A DNA stretch of 64,000 nt from a virus: the IMG/VR virus record IMGVR_UViG_3300003323_000790, positions 1-64,000 of that record, one strand, 5' to 3'. How positions within the stretch are numbered: the first letter of the stretch is position 1; each line of letters opens with the position of its first letter. Of the stretch, positions 8,091-16,954 are shown one piece after another. The notes beneath the pieces were generated by a model. It worked only from the letters and a program-made list of their open reading frames with translations. It ran no database searches and was not told where the DNA came from. Both the position numbers and the translations under genes were made by a program.

Positions 8091-9191
8091 ATGAATAAGA
8101 AATTACAGTTGGCTGGACTGCGCTTCGGGCGATATCTCGTTATTGAAGAGTATCAGGGGGCAGGGCAGAGCACATACCCTCGCTGGGTGTGTCTCTGCGA
8201 CTGCGGCACATTCCGAGCAGTGTCTGGCTCAGCCTTGCGACGAGGGGGCTCACTTTCTTGTGGATGCGTATCCGCACAGATCCAGAGCATGCGCAAGATC
8301 AAGCACGGACTTTCTCGCAGCCCGGCTTACAACACCTGGCGGAATATGCTCAGCCGCTGCACCGACCCGAGAATTCACAACTACGGTAACTACGGGGGTC
8401 GGGGAATTTCAGTTTGCACTGAGTGGCTAGAATTCGAGAATTTCTACCGTGACATGGGAGACAGGCCGCCGAACATGACGTTAGATCGTATAGATAACGA
8501 CGGCAATTACACGAAGGAGAATTGCCGTTGGGCCAGTCGTAAAGAGCAGTCGTTGAACACTGGTAAGAATCGAAAACTGACGCTTAATGGCGTCACGAAA
8601 ACTGTAACAGAGTGGGCACAAGATCTCGGCATAAGTCGAGGTACGCTGCAGACTAGATTGAAAAACTGGCGTGACGTTGAAGCAATATTGACGACACCAG
8701 CTCACGTCAAAGTACCTCCCGAGCGATCGGGTCGTGTCGTTAAACCTCGTAAGAAACCCACATATAAATGTAACTGCAAAAGGAGCAACACCATGAGCAA
8801 TAACATCTTCCAGTCCCTGAAACAGCACCTGCGTTACGCCTCCATCAAGGGCGAGCTGACCACCGAGCAGCTGTTCGAGCTGCCGCTGCAGTCCAAGTCC
8901 GGCTTCGACCTGGATTCCGTGGCGCGCGGCATCAATACCGAGCTGAAAGCGGCCGGCGAAGAATCGTTCGTCACCGCCGCCAACCCAGCGCGCACCGCGC
9001 TGGCGCTGAAGCTGGACGTGGTGAAAGAAATCATCGCCGATCGCCAAGCAGACAACGAAGCGAAGGCAGCGGCCAGCGCGAACGCCGAACGTCGCGAGCT
9101 GCTGAAAGGCATCCTGGCCGAGAAACAAAACGAAGCGCTCAAGGCCCTGACGCCTGAGCAGATCGCCGAAGAGCTGAAGAAGCTGGGCTAA
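8091..9191 (+). CDS. HNH homing endonuclease, reading in frame into the downstream gene
   Basis: CLCDCG...SCGC, YGGRGI, TLDRIDNDGNY..ENCRWA; no stop before the internal start at 8793. Confidence 0.8.
   Translation: MNKKLQLAGLRFGRYLVIEEYQGAGQSTYPRWVCLCDCGTFRAVSGSALRRGGSLSCGCVSAQIQSMRKIKHGLSRSPAYNTWRNMLSRCTDPRIHNYGNYGGRGISVCTEWLEFENFYRDMGDRPPNMTLDRIDNDGNYTKENCRWASRKEQSLNTGKNRKLTLNGVTKTVTEWAQDLGISRGTLQTRLKNWRDVEAILTTPAHVKVPPERSGRVVKPRKKPTYKCNCKRSNTMSNNIFQSLKQHLRYASIKGELTTEQLFELPLQSKSGFDLDSVARGINTELKAAGEESFVTAANPARTALALKLDVVKEIIADRQADNEAKAAASANAERRELLKGILAEKQNEALKALTPEQIAEELKKLG
8793..9191 (+). CDS. conserved coiled-coil phage protein
   Basis: Own AAAAGGAG SD and ATG; GC-rich codon usage resumes; EQLFELPL motif. 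Confidence 0.8.
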   Translation: MSNNIFQSLKQHLRYASIKGELTTEQLFELPLQSKSGFDLDSVARGINTELKAAGEESFVTAANPARTALALKLDVVKEIIADRQADNEAKAAASANAERRELLKGILAEKQNEALKALTPEQIAEELKKLG

Positions 9192-9231
9192 CCTGGACGG
9201 CGGCGCCTTGGGCGCCGCCTTGGAGAACACC

Positions 9232-9420
9232 ATGAACCCACAACAGCAAACCCAACTGCGCGACACGCTCGCGCTCCTGCAAAAGCAGCGCGGCACCGAC
9301 GCCCTCGACGTGCTGGGCGCCGTGGCCGGCATCAGCCGCAAACGCATGCGTGATCTGGCCGCCGGCACCGGCGCGCCAGCGACGCTGACCGAATACTCGA
9401 CCATCATGATGCTGCGATGA
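9232..9420 (+). CDS. hypothetical protein
   Basis: GGAG SD before ATG 9232. Confidence 0.6.
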   Translation: MNPQQQTQLRDTLALLQKQRGTDALDVLGAVAGISRKRMRDLAAGTGAPATLTEYSTIMMLR

Positions 9421-9659
9421 AAACGACCACCCTAACCCTGCCCGAGCACTGGGCCTGCTATCTCTACTACGGCGATCAGGGCGATCTCACTGATGACGAA
9501 GTGCTCACCATCGATACGCTGCTGGAGAACGAAGGCGTCGGCAATGTGGTGGACTCTTCGGAGTACGGCGAGTTCCGGCATTATCACGACGCGACAAGGT
9601 ATCAGGTAAAGCCCTGCACCTGCCTCACGTACACGTTCCCTCTGCGAGATCAGACATGA
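9417..9659 (+). CDS. hypothetical protein
   Basis: LPEHWACYLYYGDQGDL; coupled overlaps. Confidence 0.7.
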   Translation: MKTTTLTLPEHWACYLYYGDQGDLTDDEVLTIDTLLENEGVGNVVDSSEYGEFRHYHDATRYQVKPCTCLTYTFPLRDQT

Positions 9660-10012
9660 ACCTCACCCAAGACCAACTCGACGCCTTGCAAAAGCTGCAG
9701 GACACCTGGCCGCGCAAGTGGCGTGACATGCTGCGCCGCTGCTGGATGCTGCACCGCTACCCGTTCGCGGAAGCGCCTCTGAGCCAGCTGCGCAATACCT
9801 TAGGACCTCGCTGGCTGCAGCACTACCGCGCCGGCGACACTCGCGTCGGCTGGCTGGCGCCGGGCACCTACTATCACGGAGACCAGCAGGTGCAGGGCTT
9901 CGTGATCCACTTCGACAACGCCACCAACATGCTCAAGGCACGCAGCAAGACCGCAGCGCGCCACCTTGCGAGGGAGCAGGGCATCACCTTGATTGAGGAA
10001 TTTTTGCCATGA
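9656..10012 (+). CDS. hypothetical protein
   Basis: Coupled ATGA overlaps; LSQLRNTLGPRWL. Confidence 0.7.
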   Translation: MNLTQDQLDALQKLQDTWPRKWRDMLRRCWMLHRYPFAEAPLSQLRNTLGPRWLQHYRAGDTRVGWLAPGTYYHGDQQVQGFVIHFDNATNMLKARSKTAARHLAREQGITLIEEFLP

Positions 10013-10377
10013 AAATGCCCATCGAAAGCCTGACCGGCAAGGCCCTGTACTGGGCGGCCGTAAGCGTGTGGGGCTGGCACCGACTCGGCACGCTCATCAG
10101 CGCTCCGCCGGCCATGCAGGCAGCCGCCGCCGAGACCTGGTTCAACGGCTTCGGCTTCATCCGCCTGATCACGGAAGAGCACATCAGCCTACACGCGCCC
10201 TATCCAGACGCGACCCAAGACCGCGACTGGGGAGCCGGGTATGACGAGCTGAAGGTGCCGGGTCAAGGCATCTGCACTGCCGGCCCTGATCCGGTGACGG
10301 CCGGCCTGCGCTGCTTCCTGAAGGTTCGCTTCTACGAAACCTTCGACATTCCTGACGAACTGCTGGAGAAATCATGA
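10009..10377 (+). CDS. NinX/DUF2591-like protein
   Basis: LTGKALYWAA N-terminus and GPDPVTAGLRCF...IPDEL C-terminus. Confidence 0.55.
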   Translation: MKMPIESLTGKALYWAAVSVWGWHRLGTLISAPPAMQAAAAETWFNGFGFIRLITEEHISLHAPYPDATQDRDWGAGYDELKVPGQGICTAGPDPVTAGLRCFLKVRFYETFDIPDELLEKS

Positions 10378-10589
10378 CCATCATTAAATCCCAAGCCGCC
10401 GCCCTGCGCAAGCGCATCAAGCGCTACGCCAATGCCAAGATCGATGACAGCTGGAAGGGCGGCGGCGACCCAAACGATATTCCTGAAATCGAGCGCGAGC
10501 TGCGTGTCGCTAAGCAGAACCTGGACAATTACATCAACCGCCTGACGCAAGGCACGCCGGAAGCACTCCGGATGGGAGATAAGAAATGA
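10374..10589 (+). CDS. hypothetical protein
   Basis: GGAG SD, coupled. Confidence 0.65.
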   Translation: MTIIKSQAAALRKRIKRYANAKIDDSWKGGGDPNDIPEIERELRVAKQNLDNYINRLTQGTPEALRMGDKK

Positions 10590-10744
10590 AGGTGACTCCA
10601 CGCTTAATCATCGCGGCGGCCACCGCCGTTGCCGCCGCGGCACGCCTGTTCGCCACGGCGCAGGCGTCGAACATGCCGCCAGTGGAGCGCCGCAAGGCGC
10701 AGGTGCTGCCGCTGCCGGTCAAGCGCCGCAAATCAGATAAATAG
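10586..10744 (+). CDS. small protein (52 aa, not in ORF track)
   Basis: MKVTPRLIIAAATAVAAAARLF...; ATGA overlap. Confidence 0.45.
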   Translation: MKVTPRLIIAAATAVAAAARLFATAQASNMPPVERRKAQVLPLPVKRRKSDK

Positions 10745-10771
10745 TTTATACCATTTTAAAGGAGCACTACC

Positions 10772-11455
10772 ATGACCGACAAACGTTCCGACCCCGACTA
10801 TCAAGAAGCCGTCAGCAACTTCGTTCGCAATAACGTCGTGTGCTGCGTCAGCGGCCTCTTCTCCGATGTACTCAAGCTGGTGCAGAACGCCAGTCGCGAC
10901 ACCTTGCGGGAGACCTCGTTTGACGAGGAAGAGATGATGGAGCTGTGCGAGCACAAAGACTACGAAGAGGCGGCCCGCCAGCACATCAAGGACATGGATC
11001 GCGACGACCTGATCAGCGCCCTGTCCGACGCCAGCGTGAAAGATGATCGCCCATCCAACGAAATCGGCAACGCCGCTATGGAGCGGCTGATGAAGCAGAT
11101 CGAGGAAGGCGACTGCGATCCGGCCATCGACGGCTCGATCGAAGAAGGCGGCTTTGCGCTGATGAGCGAATGGCCCGGCATCAGCGACGACGATCTGCGC
11201 GACAAGCTGGGAGCAGCGCTGAACGAAGACGACGGCTGGCAGGAGTTCTGCGACGAGCAGGGCGTCGATCCTGAGTACGTCGAAGTCTACGAGCACTGGG
11301 TAGTCGACCGCTGGTTCGCCGCGCGCCTGGCCGAATATGGCGAAATCACCGGCGACTTCGGCGGCCTGACGGTATGGGGCCGCACCTCGACCGGCCAAGC
11401 CATCAGCATGGACTACGTGGTCTGCCGCATCTACGATGACTTGCACAACAGTTGA
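10772..11455 (+). CDS. acidic hypothetical protein
   Basis: AAAGGAG SD; EVYEHWVV...WGRTSTGQAISMD; very D/E-rich. Confidence 0.8.
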   Translation: MTDKRSDPDYQEAVSNFVRNNVVCCVSGLFSDVLKLVQNASRDTLRETSFDEEEMMELCEHKDYEEAARQHIKDMDRDDLISALSDASVKDDRPSNEIGNAAMERLMKQIEEGDCDPAIDGSIEEGGFALMSEWPGISDDDLRDKLGAALNEDDGWQEFCDEQGVDPEYVEVYEHWVVDRWFAARLAEYGEITGDFGGLTVWGRTSTGQAISMDYVVCRIYDDLHNS

Positions 11456-11469
11456 TTCTAGGCTACTCT
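11441..11469 (+). promoter_or_regulatory. sigma70-like promoter
   Basis: TTGCAC-N17-TACTCT upstream of RNA element B. Confidence 0.55.
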
Positions 11470-11473
11470 GTAG

Positions 11474-11636
11474 GAGTCGGCCTAATGAACCGACTCTTCG
11501 AAACGCTTCAAGTAACTCAGCTTCTTTCTGACTTCCAGCCTGTGCTGTAAGGCTGTGCTTCGTCTCGTTTCGCGGAACATATCCTGTCGGCCTCATTACC
11601 CGACGGCAGGCTGGAAGCCAAAAAGGAGTTGAGATG
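11474..11636 (+). ncRNA. structured RNA element, copy B (leader of HNH gene)
   Basis: Long stem 11516-11543/11606-11633 covering AAGGAG; loops TAATGA (11483)/TCATTA (11593); CGAAACG (11499)/CGTTTCG (11566). Confidence 0.75.
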
Positions 11637-12248
11637 CCACACGCCCAGGAAAGACAGAACCGTAGAGGTGCGGTCTGCGTAATCATTCCGGATTTCCGAG
11701 ATCGGGAAGGGAAGTGGGTGCGTACCCATCGAGAGGGTGGTCTTAAAGGTACACAGTATGTGACGGTAGCTGACAAACTCTATCGCAATATGCTGGCTCG
11801 ATGTACGCCAGGCTACAAGACTGCAGCTTACCGAGACTGTAAAAACAAATTCGCTGACTTTCAGGAATTTGCGGAATGGGCGCAGACGCAGGTTGGTTAT
11901 TATCAGCCCGGCTGGCAGCTGGATAAAGACCTGCTATGCCCAGGCAACCGGACCTACTCAAGGGACTTTTGCACATTCCTGCCTCCGGAGGTAAATTTAG
12001 CTTTAGCCAGAGGAAGCAAACCCAACAGCTTGGGAAAGGGTGTCCACCCAAGTGGAGAGAAATACACCGCACAGCTTTCCCACAATGGGCGTCCCCATTA
12101 CATAGGAACATTCAATACAGTGGGTGAGGCCCGAGAAGCCTACGCGCAAGCTAGAAGGAAGAAACTTTCTACCTTAGCGGAGAAGTACAGAGAATCGCTC
12201 GATAGCCGAGCCTACTACGCACTGCTCTGCTTTCCAGCAGAGAGATAA
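11634..12248 (+). CDS. HNH-like homing endonuclease with AP2-like C-terminus
   Basis: FADFQEFAEW...LDKDLL...YSRDFC..PPEVN; YIGTFNTVGEAREAY. Confidence 0.8.
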   Translation: MPHAQERQNRRGAVCVIIPDFRDREGKWVRTHREGGLKGTQYVTVADKLYRNMLARCTPGYKTAAYRDCKNKFADFQEFAEWAQTQVGYYQPGWQLDKDLLCPGNRTYSRDFCTFLPPEVNLALARGSKPNSLGKGVHPSGEKYTAQLSHNGRPHYIGTFNTVGEAREAYAQARRKKLSTLAEKYRESLDSRAYYALLCFPAER

Positions 12249-12266
12249 CTTAGGAGGAAGTGCCCC

Positions 12267-12776
12267 ATGAAATTAGTGTCAGCAGAAACCGGCGATGCCT
12301 ACACCATCGGCATGGTCGTCGAATACCTGCCCGGCCGTCGCGGCCAGCACATCGAGTGGGTGAAGATCGTCGAGATCGACAAGCTGCTCAAGACGGTGAC
12401 CGTGCGCGACTGCAATGGAGGCCTGCTACTCACCTCGCCCGAGCCCTTGGGCCTGGAGTTCCGCAGCACGGCCGCCCAAGCTCGCAAGCTGCTGGCCCAA
12501 GTCGAGGAAGAGCGGAAGGCCATCGTGCAGAAGACATCGCAGGTGGGCAAGACCGAGACGATGTTCTTGGTCGGGCTGCATGCACTCGGCAGCCGGGCTG
12601 CCCACGTGACGCCGACCGAGCTCGACGCCATCTTAGCCGGGCTGCGCCTGCTACAGACGGACTTGCGAGTGTCCGAGAATATCCCGAGCAGCATCCACGA
12701 TATTTTCACCAACAACGGCGCCCACGGCGGCCTGACGATCGAAGAGATCGACGTGCTGTGCGAGAGGCTGAACTGA
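12267..12776 (+). CDS. hypothetical protein
   Basis: GGAGG SD, 169 aa. Confidence 0.7.
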   Translation: MKLVSAETGDAYTIGMVVEYLPGRRGQHIEWVKIVEIDKLLKTVTVRDCNGGLLLTSPEPLGLEFRSTAAQARKLLAQVEEERKAIVQKTSQVGKTETMFLVGLHALGSRAAHVTPTELDAILAGLRLLQTDLRVSENIPSSIHDIFTNNGAHGGLTIEEIDVLCERLN

Positions 12777-12786
12777 GGAGAACACC

Positions 12787-13470
12787 ATGCCACTGCTATA
12801 CGACACCAAAATAGTGAAATATAAGGGACGACAGTATCGTACCACCTTCCCGTATGACGACGATCATCCCAAGCCTTGGGTGGGGGACGACGGCCGCGGC
12901 ATCGTGCATAGCACCAGCTTTCACGCCGATAAGCGGCCCGGCTGGCGTCCGCTTCCTGGCTACGGCGATACGGCCAAATGGTTCGACTGGGCCGGCACGA
13001 TCAAGAAGGCCAAAGAAGAAGACTGGGGGCTGTCGGCCAAAGATCGCGCAGCATTGGCAGCCGAACTTGGTGCTGACCCTACGCCCGGTCAGATCATCGA
13101 ACGAGCCGTCCAGAAAGAATATGACTTCCTTCTCGCTTATATGCAAAATAACTGGTATTACGTCGGCATTGAGGTCACGTTGCTGAACGAAGACGGCGAG
13201 CCAGACGAGTCCTTGCAGGACACTTGCTGGGGCTTCGAGACGTGGAAGGATTACCACCTGGAAGCCGCACAGGGGATGGTCGAGGAGCTGGACGTTCGTG
13301 TCGAAAAAGAGCTGGCCAAGCGCTACGCTGACGAAGCGCGTGATGCTCGGGTTCGTGAACAGGCGCGCGCCGGCGGCTGCGACTTGGTTATCCTGGACGA
13401 CGCCGGGGTGCGTGAGGTCGGTGAGGGTTACTGGGTGGTGGCTGAGCTCTTCGTGCCGAAGACGTCATGA
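12787..13470 (+). CDS. hypothetical protein
   Basis: GAGGAG SD; WYYVGIEV...CWGFE. Confidence 0.75.
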   Translation: MPLLYDTKIVKYKGRQYRTTFPYDDDHPKPWVGDDGRGIVHSTSFHADKRPGWRPLPGYGDTAKWFDWAGTIKKAKEEDWGLSAKDRAALAAELGADPTPGQIIERAVQKEYDFLLAYMQNNWYYVGIEVTLLNEDGEPDESLQDTCWGFETWKDYHLEAAQGMVEELDVRVEKELAKRYADEARDARVREQARAGGCDLVILDDAGVREVGEGYWVVAELFVPKTS

Positions 13471-13781
13471 GGGCCTTCATCTCCAAGGACCAGCGCTGGC
13501 ACATCTGGCAAGGCGCCAAGCACATCCTCCTGTCCGACGAGGACAACAAGCACCTGACCTACCACAGCACGCCAGACGCTGTCGTCAACTATCTGTACCT
13601 GGCCGGCCACAAGGAAGTGGCGCGGGAACTGAACGAGCACGTGAAACCGCCCAAGCCCTGCAAACCTTGCGACGGGACTGGCGTGCATCGCCCATCCCAA
13701 GTGTTGGGTTGGGGCGTGAGCACACCTGAAATGAAGTGCCGACACTGCCTCGGCACCGGAAAAGAAAGGACTGCAAAATGA
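13467..13781 (+). CDS. zinc-finger protein
   Basis: CKPCDGTG and CRHCLGTG (CxxCxGxG repeats). Confidence 0.65.
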   Translation: MRAFISKDQRWHIWQGAKHILLSDEDNKHLTYHSTPDAVVNYLYLAGHKEVARELNEHVKPPKPCKPCDGTGVHRPSQVLGWGVSTPEMKCRHCLGTGKERTAK

Positions 13782-14092
13782 AAAAAGCATACCTCGACCT
13801 GAGCACGGCGCACCTGAGCCGCGACACCCAAAACCTGCTGGATGAGCGCATCGGCCATGATGAATTCTTCCATCTCTGCGGCTGGCCGCCCCTGAGCATG
13901 GCGCGCTACACCTATGGCTACTTCATCACCGTGCCCGACCCGCTCGACGAGCAGGTGATCGAGCAGATGAAAGACATGCCGCAGGACTTGCGCTGCTGCC
14001 TGCTACATGCGGCCAGCGAGCAGTGCGAGCTGATCCGTTTCGACGCCGACGGCTATGTCGACGGCGACCTTCCCTACTACAAGGAGATTTAA
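13778..14092 (+). CDS. hypothetical protein (DUF5983-like)
   Basis: LDLSTAHL...IRFDADG; AAAGGA SD. Confidence 0.65.
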   Translation: MKKAYLDLSTAHLSRDTQNLLDERIGHDEFFHLCGWPPLSMARYTYGYFITVPDPLDEQVIEQMKDMPQDLRCCLLHAASEQCELIRFDADGYVDGDLPYYKEI

Positions 14093-14094
14093 AC

Positions 14095-14721
14095 ATGACC
14101 AACCTCACCCACGAATCGCGCAAACAAATCACCGAGTCCGTCGTCAACAAGGGCACCTTTTTGAACGAAGAAAAGGCAGCCATCAAGAAGTCGACGCAGG
14201 AAGCGGTACGCAAGGCGGTCCTCGCCACCTTGCCCAAGGGCTTCCACGATGCGATCAAGAACCTGCCGCCGGAATGGTTCCGCAAGTGCAGTGGCGCCTC
14301 ACTGCAAAGCGACGCCAACCCTGTCGCACTGTCCGACCGCAAGAAGTACGAGTCTGAGCGTTATCCCGGCAACTGGCGCAACAACTACACCCACATCGAG
14401 TTCACCAGCTTCCTGGTTCCGGACAGCTTCAACAATCGCTATAACGATCCCTCCTTCGGCCAAGACTGGTGCGAGAAGCACCTGGCCGCCCAGATCGACG
14501 CGGCCAAGAAGCTGCACGCCAAGGAGCAGGCTCTGCGCGACGAGCTGAACGCCTTCCTGTACTCGGTCAAGACCTACAAGCAGGTGCTGGAGAAGATGCC
14601 GGAGCTGGAATCCCACCTGCCGGCGCCCAAGGTTAAGTCGTACCCGGTGGCCGTGAGCACGGCGCCGCTGGTTGCGAAGCTGGCCGACCTGGGCTTCGAC
14701 CGTTCGCTGAAGGAGGCGTAG
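14095..14721 (+). CDS. Nmad5-like protein
   Basis: AAGGAG SD; C-terminal LYSVKTYKQVLEKMPELESHLP resembles nucleotide-modification-associated domain 5. Confidence 0.55.
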   Translation: MTNLTHESRKQITESVVNKGTFLNEEKAAIKKSTQEAVRKAVLATLPKGFHDAIKNLPPEWFRKCSGASLQSDANPVALSDRKKYESERYPGNWRNNYTHIEFTSFLVPDSFNNRYNDPSFGQDWCEKHLAAQIDAAKKLHAKEQALRDELNAFLYSVKTYKQVLEKMPELESHLPAPKVKSYPVAVSTAPLVAKLADLGFDRSLKEA

Positions 14722-14910
14722 CATGGCCAAGGAGAAACTGATCCTCAAGCAGAGCTTTCGGCGCGGCATGCCCGGCACGCAAGAGAACTGGGAAAAGACA
14801 ACTTATCTCTCAGCATCCACCTGACCATCGAACAAACGCACAAATTTGCGAAGGCTCTCAAGCTTGAGAAGGAGGCACAGAAAATTGCGCAACGAAGGAA
14901 GGAGTAAAAC

Positions 14911-14938
14911 TTGACAGCAGGTATTACCCGGCTTTAAT
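14911..14938 (+). promoter_or_regulatory. sigma70-like promoter
   Basis: TTGACA-N16-TTTAAT. Confidence 0.5.
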
Positions 14939-14990
14939 GTAGACTCCTGACGAGCTACATTGAGGCGAAAATGACAGACGATACTAAGCC

Positions 14991-15026
14991 AAGGCACCGC
15001 CCAGACTGCGCGGTGCCTTTTCTTTT
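14991..15026 (+). terminator. intrinsic terminator
   Basis: AAGGCACCGC/GCGGTGCCTT stem followed by TTCTTTT. Confidence 0.75.
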
Positions 15027-15037
15027 GGGAGGGACCT

Positions 15038-15199
15038 ATGAGCCTTGTCGATCAGTTGATGACCTGGACAAAGCTGGAGTTGGCCAAGTCCCTGAAGGAC
15101 CAAGCCAAGGAGAACGCCGAGCTGAAGCGGCGTGTCGTTGAGCTGGAAGTTGAAATATTTTGGATGAAAGTAAAGGAGAGGGATGATGAGCAGCACTAA
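15038..15199 (+). CDS. small coiled-coil protein (53 aa, not in ORF track)
   Basis: GGAGG SD; MSLVDQLMTWTKLELAK... Confidence 0.55.
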   Translation: MSLVDQLMTWTKLELAKSLKDQAKENAELKRRVVELEVEIFWMKVKERDDEQH

Positions 15200-15416
15200 C
15201 GAAACAATCCTCGATCTGCGCGCCGCGCGAGACAAGCTGGCTAAGGACGGCTATGCCTGCGTGCTGATCGCCGTGCCTGTCGACGGCGGTGAAGGTAGCG
15301 TGCTGATCACGAACGTCGACGAAGCGATGACAGTCGACATCTGCTCACAGGTGATCGGCAACATCGAGAACGGCGATATGCAGGAAAATCCACCGCCGGG
15401 CAGCATGCTCAACTGA
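15183..15416 (+). CDS. hypothetical protein
   Basis: AAGGAG SD. Confidence 0.65.
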   Translation: MMSSTNETILDLRAARDKLAKDGYACVLIAVPVDGGEGSVLITNVDEAMTVDICSQVIGNIENGDMQENPPPGSMLN

Positions 15417-15418
15417 TC

Positions 15419-15733
15419 ATGCCAACCTGGTCTATCCGATGCCGGCACAATAAGTGCCGGCATCGTCTTGTCAGCCGCCAGCACCCGGACGACATGCAGG
15501 CCGTGCCCTGTCCGGCCTGCGGCAGCACGAAAGGCTGGCGTTACGAGGCGCGCGCCTACAACAAGAGTAACCTGTGTCGATGCTCCGGGCCGGAGCTTGC
15601 CCAAGAGCTGGGCAAGAACTTCCCGCACCGGACGACACACCCATACTGCGACCATCACCCGCATGGTCCCTACAATCAAGCTCGTGCGCGCGGCGTGGCA
15701 CACGGGGACATACCCAAGGAGTACCACCCTTGA
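15419..15733 (+). CDS. Cys/His-rich putative zinc-binding protein
   Basis: CRHNKC, CPACG, CRC, HR...C..H motifs. Confidence 0.7.
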   Translation: MPTWSIRCRHNKCRHRLVSRQHPDDMQAVPCPACGSTKGWRYEARAYNKSNLCRCSGPELAQELGKNFPHRTTHPYCDHHPHGPYNQARARGVAHGDIPKEYHP

Positions 15734-16224
15734 GCCCAGAAAACAAACAGCTGTTGGAAGACTTTGGCATTTACCTGTTCAATCAAGGCCATAGACTGCA
15801 GCCAACCAAGCAGTGGGAAGCCATGCGCTGGGAGTCGCCCGCTGGTGATGGCGCCCGCATCATGTACACCGACAAGAAGGGCACGATCGGCCGCCGCTTC
15901 GGCGACGATCGGGCGCGCGAGGACTGGGCAGCTTTCCTGGAAGCGCGCGCCGGGATGCGGCCGACGGCGCTCGTCTATGACGACGAGTGTGACCTCAGCA
16001 CGGCCTTCGAAATCAGTCTCGAAGGCTGCGATCCGGAAGACGAGACCCTCCGCCCAGCGATTGCGGAGGCCGTTGCCAGCTTCGGCCGGCAGGCGGCGAA
16101 CCTTGCACAAGGCGCCGCGCTGCAGGGCCTGCGTATCAGCATCACCAGCACGCCGAAGGGTGTGCACATCATCGTCAACCCGACCAGCGAGATGCTGGAA
16201 ATTTTGAAAGGAACCCACCCATGA
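15730..16224 (+). CDS. hypothetical protein
   Basis: TTG start after AAGGAG, overlapping upstream stop. Confidence 0.6.
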   Translation: MSPENKQLLEDFGIYLFNQGHRLQPTKQWEAMRWESPAGDGARIMYTDKKGTIGRRFGDDRAREDWAAFLEARAGMRPTALVYDDECDLSTAFEISLEGCDPEDETLRPAIAEAVASFGRQAANLAQGAALQGLRISITSTPKGVHIIVNPTSEMLEILKGTHP

Positions 16225-16601
16225 ACTTCGGACTCGGCCAAGTCGTACTGGTCAAAGAGCTGCAAACCAAGAACGGCTTCGATCGCTTCGCCCAGCGCGG
16301 CACCTTCCGCGCCAATCGCCACCACCTGTCGGCCATGCTGTACCTCGGCGAGGTCAACGCCGACACGCTGCCGCAGTTCAGCCCCAACGGCGCAATGGCC
16401 TCGCTCGGCTACGGCCCGCTGCTGCTGAGCCGCACGCAAGTGTCGCTGTTGGACGTGATCGACAAGCTGCGTGACCGGCTGGCGCAGCAGCAAGAAGTCA
16501 GCGACGAGGATCAGGCTCTGATCGACCTGGCCGACGGCGCCATCGCCGCCTGCGCCGCATTCACCACCGCGGCCGCGCCGCAGAAAGGAGTGAAACCATG
16601 A
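16221..16601 (+). CDS. hypothetical protein
   Basis: AAAGGA SD, coupled. Confidence 0.65.
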   Translation: MNFGLGQVVLVKELQTKNGFDRFAQRGTFRANRHHLSAMLYLGEVNADTLPQFSPNGAMASLGYGPLLLSRTQVSLLDVIDKLRDRLAQQQEVSDEDQALIDLADGAIAACAAFTTAAAPQKGVKP

Positions 16602-16954
16602 CAGCCAAGGAGTGGTGGAGCTGGGTGCACCCAATCGACAAGTGGCTGCTCTGCAGTTACGGTGCGAGCCTTGCGATATCAGCTCTGGCCGGCAACTGGT
16701 GGCCTATCTTCGGCTTGCAGCTGGCTACCGCCTTGGCGTACAGCCTGTATGTAATGGAGCGTGTGCGCGCCGACCGACTGCATGCCCTCAATAAAATGCT
16801 GGCCCAGTGCCTGGAAGAATGCGGTGAGGCCGGCATCGACTGGCAGCGCCGCAGCGAGGCTTTCGAGCAGAGCCTCAAGGAAGGGGCCGACGCCATCGGC
16901 GTCGCCAATTTGATCATCCACGGCCGTGGCCCACGGCCAGACAGAAAGGAGTGA
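16598..16954 (+). CDS. membrane protein
   Basis: Two N-terminal hydrophobic helices. Confidence 0.65.
   Translation: MTAKEWWSWVHPIDKWLLCSYGASLAISALAGNWWPIFGLQLATALAYSLYVMERVRADRLHALNKMLAQCLEECGEAGIDWQRRSEAFEQSLKEGADAIGVANLIIHGRGPRPDRKE

Noticed and set aside
14723-14907. Possible frameshifted small gene (33-aa ORF plus startless overlapping frame)
   Set aside because: No recognisable domain or convincing slippery site; cannot be distinguished from a gene remnant.
14947-14970. Hammerhead ribozyme core-like CTGACGA...GAAA
   Set aside because: Stem II is marginal, and no stem I, stem III or NUH cleavage triplet can be built from the flanks.
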